From Anthoceros angustus (lineage: Eukaryota; Plantae; Anthocerotophyta), in NCBI GenBank assembly GCA_010909165.1, contig MU008202.1:1-64000 (forward strand): a stretch of DNA of 64,000 bases, given 5' to 3'. The position numbers and the translations under genes are program-made. Below, one piece after another: positions 23,267 through 35,321 of this stretch. Each line of letters begins with the position of its first letter. Position 1 is the stretch's first letter. The notes beneath the pieces are model-generated. The model did no database searches and was not told where the DNA came from. It saw only the letters and a program-made list of their open reading frames with translations.

Positions 23267-24528
23267 TCATCTCAGATTGAGATACTGTGCTTTGGCTGAC
23301 TTCAGGCTTGGCCTTTTCGTGCCGTCGTCAGCCCTGCAGAAGGACAGGTAAACCTTGTCAGGAAAACAGCCACTGCTGCAAGGTGAAATATAAGAGGGCC
23401 GACAAAACATACCTTAGAATTGCTGGTATGGATTCTTCTGGTTCTTTCCCCTTGACATCTACTGCCGTAATCTCTGTACTGCCATCTTCCTGAGGAGCTC
23501 CCCCTTCAGCCACTTTTGGGGCTTTCTTGTAACCATATTCAATGTCTTCCGCAGGTTTAACAGATAAGAACAAAGGATGCTGCGCACATAGAGGGAAGCC
23601 TGTCACCAACAGCAAGCGTATGAGCCGAATTTGATACAGGGTGTCGGTCGACGACTTGTTACCTGGTATACTGCTGCAGCCAGGAGTTTTTTCCTCCGCT
23701 CTTTCAGGGCTACCGCAACGTTGGCATTTGTCTCCACAAGAATCTCACCAATTTCTTGCCACGACGATGATGAACCATCCTAAACCATCAAATACAAGCC
23801 AGGTCTTCAGGAACAGAGTTATCCAGAACAGGAGTTTTACGAGAATTTTCTTTCATCGATCAACGAAAAGAGCTGTTGAGACATTCATGACAGTAACACA
23901 GCGAATGAAGACTCACTTCACCTATTTTCCGAGCAACAACGACAAATGTGTCCACACCACTGGCCTTGGATACGTCAAGTGTCCTGCACCACCCCATCCC
24001 CCAACCAGTCAATCAAATTTCACGACTGATAAGCAGACAAAAAATGACACAAAAGCTCACTCAAGAGCCTTGATTCGGTACCACTCACAATATTTTGTGT
24101 TTAGGTTTTGCCTCAACACGTTTGCTGAACCCAGTTCCTGACTGCATCACCCATTTGGTTCCAGCTCTCCTGCAACAAGGTTATGCATCAATGCGTTACT
24201 GGGCAAAACCTTAGTGCACCAGGTTGTCATGCAGCAGCCCGGTAGAGCTGATAGAGTTACCCCCTCTCCTCAATTTGAGTACAATTCCTCCCATCCCTAA
24301 AAAGGGGCACAGTCCTGCAAGTGATCAAATCGTGAGGCGGCCTGTGCTAACCACTCAATGCCAACCAAATGAGCTCACAAGATGAACGTAAGCCAAAGCC
24401 CAGCAGTTGATAACGCCGGATGAAATGTGGCGGAAGTACCTGAGATGCTCCACGGTGGTGAATCGAGACCAGGTTGAGAGGCCAGACAGCCGTGAGGCGA
24501 GCGCGGGAGGAGCCACACGGAGCGCCAT
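23267..24528 (-). CDS. Uncharacterised spliced protein with a transit-peptide-like N-terminus
   Basis: Phase-consistent GT-AG exons (..23917 | 23779-23663 | 23579-23413 | 23333-23267) give 'RTLDVSKASGVDTFVVVARKIGE|DGSSSSWQEIGEILVETNANVAVALKERRKKLLAAAVYQ|HPLFLSVKPAEDIEYGYK...'. Exon 1 reads MALRVAPPALASRLSGLSTWSRF. Exons 2-3 are less certain. Confidence 0.7.
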
Positions 24529-25062
24529 GTCACCGGATTGTCACTGTTAACGGGCCAGACAACGTCCCAGTCGCACCGCCACTCCTTTTAACTTTTCGTC
24601 TGCTTTACTGTATCGTTATATCGTTAAACAGTATGTTGATGTACAAGATCAGAAAACACGGATTCAATCGGAAACGGTTAGGCCTCCTGATATTACGCCG
24701 TCGCGTATGGATGACAAGGGGTGTAATGAAGAAGCATGTCACTTCTCGAGGTAGGTCCCCGCCGGCTTCAGCAGACATGATCGTGAAATGGGGTGAAACC
24801 TTTATCCCATACAATTCACGACCCCATCTCACGATCCAGGTCCCACACATTTAACATGGTTGATGGCATTTATACAACATGCTACACAATTGGACTTAGG
24901 TATGTGATTTGAAGCTTTGCAGCGGTGCTGTTTGTTCAGCACGAATCGAAATTGATGTGAAATCTTGATCCGACTTGGGAGTGGAGTTTATTGAAGAAAG
25001 ACATGGTGAGATTGATTAATTGAAGCTGACCTGCCGTAGGAAGAGAGTTGTTTCTGCTTCTG

Positions 25063-27840
25063 TTAGTCCACATGTGGGGATAGAGGCACATAGCCTTCTT
25101 TCTTCATTTTGGGGAGGAGCTGATTCAGCTTTGCATAGATAGCGTCACTCTCGGGGTGCTTTTGATCCTCGACCAGAAAGCTATGCACCAGGCCGTCCAT
25201 GTCTGTCCACCAGCTCTGGCCTGGCTGCTTCCAGGCCCTGATTTCCTTTCTCCTGTCCTGCATCTCCTGAGCCTGCTCCCACATCTGGGCAGCGGCGTAT
25301 ATGTTTGACATCAACACATATGCTTCTGCGTCCTTTTGGTTTAGCTTCACTGCTTCATGAAAAGCATGGAGTCCCACCTCCACATTGCTCCACTTCCGGC
25401 AGGCACCCAACAGAGTGTGCCAGACGGCGGCATCAGCGACAGGCATTGTGCTCACCAGAGCTAATGCTTCGTTCACTTCGCCTGCACGACCCAGGAGATC
25501 CGCCATGCATGTGTAGTGCTCCACTGTAGGAGGGATGCCGTACTGGCTGCTCATGGCCTCGAAGAGATCTTGCCCCTTGTCCACCAGGCCAGCATGACTG
25601 CATGCTGTGAGTAGGCTGACGAAGGTGATGCCGTCAGGGTGGGTGCCGTCCTCTTGCATTCTGTGAAACAAGTCGAAGACCTTGCCACTGTCTCCTTGGC
25701 GGCTATATCCTGCAATCAGTGCACTCCAGGTGCCCACGTTTGGTTTGGGCAATGCATCAAAGACCTGCTGTGCGTCCACCATGCTCCCGGACTTTGCATA
25801 CATGTTTATCAAACTGACAGCTATAGGGAGATCCCCTTCGAGCCCTTCCTTTTCAATCTCTGTGTGGAGCTGCCTTCCCAGCTGCAGAGCAGCCACGTCT
25901 GCACATGCCTGCAGGAGGCACACAAATGTCACAGAATTCGGAGGAACCCTCCCTTCTTCTTGCATAGTCCTGTAAAGGCGGATTGCTTCCTGCCCCTTTC
26001 CCTGATGGGAATATCCTGCAATCATAGCATTCCATGTCACAACGTCTTTCTGACCAAGCCTGTCAAACACACCCTGTGCATCTTGCAAGCTGCCACACTT
26101 TGCATACATGTTTACCAGACTGCTGGCTACAAACACATCAACGTCAAGTTCACATTCCCTAATCTGTGCATGAAGCTGCTTCCCCTTCTCCAAAGCCAGG
26201 GTGCCCACAGTTGCGCATGCCTGGAGAAGGCATGCAAATGTCACAGAGTCGGGTGCCACGATGCCTTCTTCTTGCATATTCCTGTACAGATGAAGGGCTT
26301 CCTGCCCCATGCCCTGCTGGGAATACCCTCCTATCATGGCATTCCACGTTACCACATTCTTTACACCAAGTCCATCAAAGACACCCTGAGCATCCTGTAA
26401 GCTGCCACACTTGGCATACATGTTCACCAAACTGCTGGCTATGAAAACATCAGCCTGAAGACCTTGTTCGCCAATCTGTGCATGAAGCTGCTTCCCCTTT
26501 TCCAAAGCTGGGGTGCCCACACTTGCACACGCCTGGAGAAGGCACAAAAAAGTCACGGAATTGGGCACAGCCAGGCCTTCCTCTTGCATAGCACTGTGCA
26601 GAGAAAGAGCTTCCTTGCCCATACCGTGCTCCGAATATCCTGCTATCAGAGCGGTCCATGTCACCACATTTTTTTGATGAAGTCCATCAAACACGCCTTG
26701 AGCATCCTTCAGGCTTCCACACTTGGCATACATGTTTACCAGGCTGCCACCGACAACAACATCACCGTCAAGTCCCCGTTCTCGAATCTCTAAATGGAGC
26801 TGTTTCCCCTTCCCCAAAGCTGGAGCACCCACACTTGCACATGCCTGCAGGAGGCACACAAAAGTCACAGAGTTCGGTGCAATGACGCCTTCTTCTTTCA
26901 TATCCCTGTAAAGATGAAGAGCTTTCTGTCCCATCCCCTTCTGGGAGTACCCTGATATCATTGCATTCCATGTGACCACATTCTTTTGTCCAAGTCCATC
27001 AAACACCCTTTGAGCGTCTTCCAAGCTGCCACACTTGGCATACATGTCCACCAACGAATTACAAACAAACGGATCAGGCTCAACCCCACTGGCCACCACA
27101 TCAGCATGCACCTCCTGTCCAGTTTTCAAGTCTGCTCCTCTTGCACAAGCCTGTAGGGCTGCGACAAACACATGGCAATCCGGCTTCACACTCGACCTGC
27201 GCATCCGATGGTACAGACCTATGGCCTGCTTATCTTGCCCATGTTTAGCATGAACAGAAATTATAGCAGACCACGTGAAGGCATCTGGTTTGTCCACCAC
27301 TGCAAACACATCCAACGCGTCTTGCAACCTGGCATGAGAAGTATACATTCGCATGATGTTGTTGCCCAGGAACGTATCCGATTCATACCCCGCTTTCACA
27401 GCCAGGGCATGCACACGACGACCCAGAACCAGATCCCTCTGAGCCATACATTGCTTTAGGACAGCATAAAAGAGAGACTGAGAAACATGACACTCTGTCC
27501 GCACCAGAGTTCCCAGAGACTCAACAGCCTCACTGAGCTGCTCGTTCCTACATAGTTGGCTTACGGTTTCAGCAGTTACCCCCCGTTCGAATACTGCAGG
27601 CCTACGAGGCTCAAAATCATCCGGCCCGTTCCAGCTGGAGATAGGAGAACGCCGACCCATCTGCATATCCAGAGCAACCAGCTGCGCATGCACCCTCGCC
27701 GGCGAATAGCTCTTGTTGGAACTCTTCTCGTGATGCCTGTTCTCCCACCAAAGTGTATGGTCCAGGAACAACTCCCCAGCCAGACATCCTGTTGGACGGG
27801 CTGCGTTCATTTGCAAGCTTGTGGCCCCCAAGAGCTTCAC
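25063..27840 (-). CDS. PLS-class PPR protein with E/E+ domains and truncated DYW (organellar RNA-editing factor type)
   Basis: 925-aa ORF with repeated P-L-S triplets (SLVNMYAKCGSL..VFD..NVVTWNAMI), PG box 'KQPGQSWWTD', ending 'GYVPLSPHVD*'. True start uncertain: 27840 is GTG and the first ATG is 27810; an upstream exon is possible. Confidence 0.95.
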   Translation of the reverse strand: MKLLGATSLQMNAARPTGCLAGELFLDHTLWWENRHHEKSSNKSYSPARVHAQLVALDMQMGRRSPISSWNGPDDFEPRRPAVFERGVTAETVSQLCRNEQLSEAVESLGTLVRTECHVSQSLFYAVLKQCMAQRDLVLGRRVHALAVKAGYESDTFLGNNIMRMYTSHARLQDALDVFAVVDKPDAFTWSAIISVHAKHGQDKQAIGLYHRMRRSSVKPDCHVFVAALQACARGADLKTGQEVHADVVASGVEPDPFVCNSLVDMYAKCGSLEDAQRVFDGLGQKNVVTWNAMISGYSQKGMGQKALHLYRDMKEEGVIAPNSVTFVCLLQACASVGAPALGKGKQLHLEIRERGLDGDVVVGGSLVNMYAKCGSLKDAQGVFDGLHQKNVVTWTALIAGYSEHGMGKEALSLHSAMQEEGLAVPNSVTFLCLLQACASVGTPALEKGKQLHAQIGEQGLQADVFIASSLVNMYAKCGSLQDAQGVFDGLGVKNVVTWNAMIGGYSQQGMGQEALHLYRNMQEEGIVAPDSVTFACLLQACATVGTLALEKGKQLHAQIRECELDVDVFVASSLVNMYAKCGSLQDAQGVFDRLGQKDVVTWNAMIAGYSHQGKGQEAIRLYRTMQEEGRVPPNSVTFVCLLQACADVAALQLGRQLHTEIEKEGLEGDLPIAVSLINMYAKSGSMVDAQQVFDALPKPNVGTWSALIAGYSRQGDSGKVFDLFHRMQEDGTHPDGITFVSLLTACSHAGLVDKGQDLFEAMSSQYGIPPTVEHYTCMADLLGRAGEVNEALALVSTMPVADAAVWHTLLGACRKWSNVEVGLHAFHEAVKLNQKDAEAYVLMSNIYAAAQMWEQAQEMQDRRKEIRAWKQPGQSWWTDMDGLVHSFLVEDQKHPESDAIYAKLNQLLPKMKKEGYVPLSPHVD

Positions 27841-28229
27841 ACCTCGAAGTCCAGCGTATCCTCGAGCAACTGTATGGAATCAAGATTTGTCTCAACCTGA
27901 GGTGAAGTTGTAACCTTGATTTTCTCTGCATGACATCATGCTTTCTCGGCCAAAGGAGATTCACATTCAACGGGCCAGAAAACGTCCCAGCCGCACCGCC
28001 ACTCCTTTTAACCTTTGCTCTACTTTACCGCCTCGTTATGTCGTTGAACATCGCGTTGATGTAAAGCAGAAGATCAGAAAACACTATTGAATCGGAAAAG
28101 GTTAGGCCTCCGGATGGCCTAGGTATCCACCGTGGGAAGACGGAGCGATGGTTGGACCGTGGAGAAGCTTCCCCGACTAGGTCTACTGGTTAGTGCACGC
28201 AGTACTTAATGCTCAGTCAATCGTGAGAA

Positions 28230-28950
28230 ACTTTGATGAAAAATAAGGAATATGTCGGCACTCCAACTGTTTAGTGCCATGGATGCAGATCATGAACCAG
28301 ATGTCCTGAAAATCAGTTCTAAGCCAGCTGGGAGAGAACCGACAAGCTATCCAGCAATTGGGTTTGAGACAATGCCCTCTGTATATCGATCGATGAAACG
28401 ACACACTTCAATGACTGGAATCCAGCAATTTCTGAGCAACTTACAGTAAGTACAAAAGGTGGCCACAGCACTGGCCTCGGATACCTCAAGTGTCGTTTTA
28501 GGAATCCATCCACCCATATTTCACATGGGACAAGCAAAGAGGGATGAGAGACGGAATCTCAAGTTCAGCCTTGGGTAACTTGGGGTACACCTTGTGAACT
28601 CGGTTCCTGACTGTATCAGTGACCATTCGCTTCCAGCTGTCCTGCAACAACGTTTTGACTGTGAATCAATTTGAACATCACCTGGGAAAACCTTGGTGCA
28701 CCACTTTGCCAGAGACTTCATGAAGTAGCCTACAACAGTTACCCTCCTGCATTTGAGAACTCCGGCCAGTGCACTGGGTCGATGCCTAGGGCGCAGGACA
28801 CCAGCCTGTGGTGTGCCCACATCCATCAGTGTTGTTGCTCGCAAAATGGATGAAACTGTGAGTTTTCATGTGTTGCTGCCATGGATGTCTCTCAGCAGCT
28901 CGTGTTCCACAGAGTACATCCTGTCAAATGGAATCGTTGTTCGTACGGCT
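28230..28950 (+). pseudogene. Possible highly degenerate PPR remnant
   Basis: Short PPR-like words 'ALQLFSAMD..EPD' and 'MPRAQDTSLW..CSQNG' only. Confidence 0.3.
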
Positions 28951-29867
28951 TAGCTCTCCAAATCCTCCTACTATCCCAAATTGTGTCAAGTCCGAATCGT
29001 CAAAATTAGATGAAATCATGCATGCTTATTATATGAAGGTAAGCATTATTGGGTTAACGCGGATGGGAACAAACCCATCAAACTACACCTATAGGCGAGA
29101 TGATGCTAGGCTCCATCTTCCGAGGAAATACAGCCTAGTATCAAACATTCTCTTGTGATTCTCCTACATCATTGACATAGCTAATTATTAAGTTGTGTCT
29201 CAAGCTTGGAGAAGGAATTGCAGCAGGATTACAGACAAGGATCAATGATGGGTTGTTGCCAGTTTGTGTGAAGTAGCAGTGACAAAGATCCGATGTCGAT
29301 TCGACGCGAGAAAGAGGAAGGAGATCCGTCGGTGATACGCGCAGCGTCGGCAACCACGTTCACACGTCCATTCCGCGTCAACGTCGACAGTTGTGTGGGG
29401 CCCCGACAACACTTTCTTTACTGGAGAGTGAAAACAATTCTTGTAGTGATATTCGCATTTTGCAAGCTTGCAATTGCAAGCTTGCAGGCGTCGGTAAAGA
29501 GAGCTGGGCCTCCAAGTTCGCCGGGAGGAATGTCATGTCTGAGATAGAGGTGGTCCAGGCTGCAATCCAATCGTGAGCCCCACCCACTGAATTTCGCTTT
29601 GGGCCCTACCAACCCACTCACTGGCCCGCCCAGGCGTGAGGCTTGAGACCGAACCTGCCTCCCAGCTTGGGAGCCGGACCTTATAAAACACTCCACCTCC
29701 CCATCCCCCTTCATCGCCTGCCTCACCTCTTCTTTCTCGCATTGCCTCGTCGTGGTTTTGCTTCTGCTGTTTCTGCTGCTGTTCTTCCTGCGCCTGAGCT
29801 TCCAGCCTCTGGGTTCTTCATTGCAATCGCATTTCCTTCCTCCCGCAATCCGCCCCCGCCCGCCAAG

Positions 29868-30790
29868 ATGAGCTACCAGGCAGAGGACTCCGAGCCCAAC
29901 TACGGCTCCACCCCCGCTGCTGCCGACAGCTACGGATCCGATCAGCCCACAGACTACACTCCCGAGGAAACCGGATACGGCGGAGGGAAGGCTGATTCCG
30001 GCTACGGGGAGTCAGAGGAGAAGCCGACGTCCTACGAGACTCCAGAGGATCAGACCACCTCCTCGGGAGACTACGAGTCCGAGGAGAAGCCGTCCTCGTA
30101 CGACGACGCCCAGGACACCCCGACCTCCTACGAGGCGGCCAGCGAGGAGGTGCAGCCTTCCTCCTACGACGAGCAGGAGGTGAAGCCATCTTCGGACTCC
30201 TACGACCAGGATGTGAAGCCCACCTCGGACTCGTACGAGGAGGATGTGAAGCCCACCTCGGACTCGTACGAGGAGGATGTGAAGCCTTCCTCGGACTCCT
30301 ACGAGGATGCGGTTCCCGCCACGTACACGGACGCCAGCGAGGACCCGGTTCAGCCCATTGCTGCCTCCGAGGATTCGGGCTATGGCGCAGCCGCAGCCAA
30401 GGACACGGATACCTACCAGGAAACCACTGACAGCAGCAAGGTATGACATTTGGGCGCCGCAAAGAAGGAACCCCCAAGTGGCTGGGTGCATCGATGCATA
30501 TGCCGTCTCACACTCCTTGAGCTCTGTGTGCTTCCTTGCAGGTTGATGCGTATGCCAGTGGCACCCCAGACGAAGCCCCGGTCGCTGCTACAGACGACGA
30601 CGGCCTCAGCCTGGGTGAGAAGATTGCAATTGGAGTGGGTGCTACAGCGGCCGTGGCGGCCGTTGGCGTTGGTGGGTATGAGCTGTACGAGCACAACAAG
30701 GGCGACGATGATACCGCGGCTGCAGTCCCCGCTGCTCCTGCCGATGCGGCCACAGACGAGGAGCCTCCCAAGAAGAGCAGCTGGTTTTAG
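29868..30790 (+). CDS. ASR-related protein with a long acidic Ser/Tyr repeat region and partial ABA/WDS C-terminus
   Basis: Exons 29868-30440 and 30542-30790. C-terminus 'EKIAIGVGATAAVAAVGVGGYELYEHNK...KKSSWF' parallels the neighbouring ASRs. Four 33-bp repeats at 30177-30308. Confidence 0.8.
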
Positions 30791-31697
30791 GCTAGTGCTG
30801 CTCATTGTGTAGTTTGCAAGCAACGTTTGGGGTACAGATCGTTGTTTGTGAACTCGTAGTGTATAGCAATTTTCCCCTTCTCGAGCACTGTCTGCACCCC
30901 CCGGAGATTTCGAAGAGATGGTTATTAGATCCTGGAAGCCATCCCTTTGTGCTCGAGCAATGCGGCTATATATGTAGTGTTACAATTGTGAAGTCCCCTT
31001 CCTAGTTGTAGAAAATGTATGCTTTCTTGGGATTGGACAAGTATGCAGGCCTGCCCAGTGCCCAAACGTTTCCATTCCTCCTGAGGGCAGAGGCGTTTGA
31101 ATGTGTTGTACTTCAGACATAGGGCAAGGTTGCAAGCTTGTGGACCCATATCATCTCATGCTGTGTAGAGGTGAGATGAGGATTGCATTTTATAGAGAAA
31201 TTGTGTTAAACTCTCCAGCGTTGCATCCCGCTCAGTTAATGCTGCATCAATGGTTCAAACGAAAGCCAGGCTCGCCCGCTCAGCCCTGGAAGTGCGAAAC
31301 ACATTTGAACACCTTTGAAGAGGCTCGGGATGTGGAACACGCGGGCACACGACGAAATAAATCCTGGCAGGAAAAGGACCGGGGAAGAAGCAACCCAGCT
31401 GTGTGTGTTGTACATGTGAGAGGGGCGCAAAACCGGGGATCCCAAAGAGGCAACAGGACGCTGCGTGAATGCATATCATGTGACACGTGTCCTGCACTGA
31501 CAACGTCAGCAGCAGTCTGGCCACCACTGCGCCTTGTGCTCGCCAGCACTGGTACCTCATGGAAGCTTTCCTGCTAATCACTCTCCACTGTCGCGCACAT
31601 CGTGGAATAGACATCCGAAAACCTGACTCTGCAAGTTCATGAATCACAGGTCGAAGCACACCATCCGGACTGACCTGGTTAGCTGTAAGCTGCGAGC

Positions 31698-32651
31698 ATG
31701 GCGTACTTAGGGGAGCTGGAACGGTTGGGGCACACCACTGTGGGCGAGCGTGAGAGCTGGGTGGTGCCTGACCTCCACAGCTGGGGCCCGGCTGTGCCTG
31801 ATTACGAGCCCAGGTTTAGGCTGGATCTGGATTTGGGCGAAGAGGACGACCAGCTCCAGGTCAGGCCTGGCCTGTGCAGTGTTCTATTGGGATATTTGTG
31901 ACTGATTGCGGGGCCCAGGTGATGGGGAGTGACCTCAAGTACGAGCTCTTGCAGATTCCCGAGGACGCTGCTCCAGAGTCCGACATGGATGAGGACTCGG
32001 AGGAGAAAGAGACGGTCATGTGTGCGATGCACGAGGGCCATCATCACCATGCATATGGTTTTTCACATTCATCCTAATCCTTATTCCATCCCACCCTCAC
32101 CTACTCATGAGCATGTTACAGATTGCTTGCACCGTTAGACTTAAGTACTAAGTCTAGTTGGTTTCAAGATGTGCAAAGCATCCAGACTTGTCTCTTCTTC
32201 TCTAGAACAACATCTGGAATTGACGGTTTGTGTTGGATGAAACTGCAGGCCCAACTCTTGGTGAAATCTGGGTTGCTTTGTACACAAGAAGGGCCATGGC
32301 TAGATGGCTAGCCAAAAGGAGTAGCCGGACGGCAGCGGAGGATTGCAGGGCTGGCGTGCCGATCAGTCATTCAGATGAGGACGGGGATAAACAGTCGTCC
32401 AGCTGGGTCAGTCAAAATTGGCAGGTTTGCTACATATATTTTCTAAATATCAGGCAGAAACTGACGAGTGGAACTACGAACATGCGGGTGTGGTGGGCCT
32501 CGTTTGCTGCAGGGAAGTGCTTGTAAGGAATCGGGAGCGGCGGTGGAATTACGGCAGCTCAAGTTGGAAGAGGACAAAGATCCGGATGTTGAATGCCTGG
32601 GAGCAGATGTGGATGATGTCCATGTCTATCATTGTGCATAACCATTCCTGA
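31698..32651 (+). CDS. Hypothetical spliced protein
   Basis: ATG at 31698; plausible GT-AG junctions link 'DLGEEDDQLQ|VMGSDLKYELLQ..HHHHAY|GPTLGEIWVALYTRR'. Last exon uncertain. Confidence 0.5.
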
Positions 32652-33218
32652 AGTTGTACATAATGACTAAAATAGCATACCTTTCTTGCTGCTTACTAAG
32701 TCATCTTCCTTTCTACATATTTGCTTTCTGCTGTATGCACAGCCCTATTACATATTTCTAACCCAATCCTAAGAGTCAGTTACATCACGTTCATAATCCA
32801 ATGCTTACCCTAGGAGTCACTTACACTTGCAGGATGTGTGAGGAGCACTGATTTGATCCCAAAACCGCGATCCAAGTATTACAACACCTTCGGGGTAATG
32901 CCTGCAGAAAAGTCACAAGCACTGGCGTGCCTACAATGCACTCGATCGTAAAACAGTGACCCAAGTTTCACATTGATACCCCAGGGGTGAAAACTCACAG
33001 GAATGTCAGATGCTAGCTAAAGAATCACATAACCTCCAGCAAAGGTACGTGAAACGACTACACCAAGCTGTACATGCTTGTCAGCTGCAGCAGCAGCTAG
33101 CCCTGAGGAGTTGTTCTGGAAAAACTTTAAAAAGGACCTTCTAACTAAAAAGCAGAAGCTGCACTTGGCACTGATGATTTTCATCAGAAATGCGGCAGTG
33201 GGTGGCCGTTGCCGCCGT

Positions 33219-33937
33219 CTAGCTGAACCAGCCATGCTTCTTAGGCTCCAGGGACTCCTCCACGTCCTCCGCTTTCTCCTTCCTGTGGTGCTCGAAAATG
33301 CCGAAACCCGCAGCCCCAGCCGCCAAGGTTCCGGCCACTCCAGCCTCAACCTTGTGCCGAGTGGCATTCTCAGGGTCCACCTTGGTCTGATGGGCTTCGT
33401 ACTGCACAGCATTGCGTTCACATTCCCCCGGGGTCAATAGCCAAAACAAACTTCCAAGATGGCAAGCAGATCATGCATGCATGCACTCACGAACTCGTCC
33501 GAATCCTACTGCTGGCTCACCAGAGCGAAAGCACCGGCAGCCAGGGCTCCCACGCCAGCAACCTGCTCCTCGCGCTTATGCCTGTGCACCTCCGTCTTGG
33601 CTTGCTCCAGGTCGTCCACCTTGTTCACCTCCGTGTACACCTCGGTGGTTTCCACAGTCGCCACCGCCGCCACGGGCGGGGCAGTCTGGCCATACCCGCC
33701 ATCCTGGCCGTAGCGAGGCCCGGAGGGAGCGTCAGTCTGGCCATAGCCGCCATCCTGGCCGTAGGGAGGTCCGGAGGGAGCGTCAGTCTGGCCATACCCC
33801 CCATCCTGCCCGTAGCGACGGCCGCGCGGGCCGTCGAACCCCTCCTGGTTGAACTGCGAGGGGCGATCCTGCTCGTCGTCGTCCCGGCGATGGTGACGGT
33901 GGTGGTGGGGAGGCGGGGCGTCGTACTCGTCGGCCAT
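33219..33937 (-). CDS. ASR: ASR (ABA/WDS-induced) protein with YGQDGGYGQT repeats
   Basis: Exons 33937-33521 and 33401-33219. 'HKREEQVAGVGALAAGAFAL|YEAHQTKVDPENATRHKVE..GFGIFEHH' with the family-typical intron position. Confidence 0.9.
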
Positions 33938-35321
33938 AGCTCAAGCTCTCAGACAAAACAGAAGTCTCGCAACCTTCCAAGCAGGACTCCACCTCCAAGC
34001 CTCCAAGCGCAGATCTGAGCAACAGGCCAGGGCACGAGAATGTGCTGCAGCAGAGCTCATCTTTAAGGCCTTGGCTCTCAGCCCCACGCGGCGACGGGGC
34101 ACTGCGCTCTGCGCGTAAACAGAAGCGTGCTGCACCAGGTACAACCCCCCACAGCTCCCCTCCATCACGTTCCTCCATTTCCTGGGTATATCTCGAATTT
34201 GGTTCCACCTCCCATGTCCAACTCGCGGTCGAGATCCGTGGATCCCAGCCGCTTGGCGCGCGCTGCCGCGGTTACATGCTCATCCGCTGCACCGGATAAT
34301 TCCCTGCAGATGCAGATGCAGATGCAGCAGCAGCAGCAGCTCCAGATCCTCACCGACCGCGCTGGGAAATGAATGCCCACCAATGCCCGCTCCGCTGGCA
34401 TCTCCTTTCTTCACGCTCCAATCATCCAACCACCCTCCGCACAGCACTGCAGCGGGTACATTTGCACATCGCGTGGGAGGGAACGTCACCGTCAGTAGTA
34501 GGTGGAGCGTGAAGCGTAGGCGCGCAGGCTGTAGCTGTGACGTCGCCCTCACCGGGCCGGCCTTCCACGCCTGATCCCATTGGGCCCGGGATCGGCGCGA
34601 GCATATCCGGTGCCCCGGCCTGCTCGGTGGGCCAGGCTGGTAACTCTTTCATTATCCCGTCTACAGGCCTTCAAGAGAGAATATCGCAGGCGTGTGGCAC
34701 GATATGGCCTCCGTGCCCCCACTACTGTGTAGGCCCTGGCTGCAGCGAGGGCGGAAGCAGCTCGCAAGTTGCCTAGCGGCCGTGTAGGTGTGTACCGAGC
34801 CCGCCTTGGGCTGGTGCAACGAACCTAGGTCTTCAGCTTGCTTGCCCGGCCTGCTCCCGGACCCACCGACACGCTACCTTTTAACTTTATATTTAGTTGC
34901 TTGCCTGACTGCGTCGCGTTACGACCAGGTGCTGACGCGAAATGGATGATCCCAACGCGCTTGCCGCACTCAACATCCGCGGTGCGCTGATGAGGCGACG
35001 GTTGACAGTGGTTGGAAGCGACAAAGCAGCGGCTCATGCGAGGCGAGCCTGGGAGGTCCGGTGCCGGACCTGGGTAGGTCCGTGGCCGGACCTGCCTGAA
35101 TCCGGTGCCGTGGGCCCCTGTCCTGTGACACGGGAAACGGACTCGGTTTTTGCCCGTGACGCCGCAGTCCTGGGACACTAACGGGCGGGCGTTGCCTCGC
35201 TCCTCGCTCCTCGCATCGTTGTTGGGTCGAGTGCGCGCTGACACAAGTCCGTGGCGTGCATGCGGATGCGGATGCGCATGCGGACAAGTCCCATGGTGGT
35301 GGTGGGTTGCGAGATTGCAAC

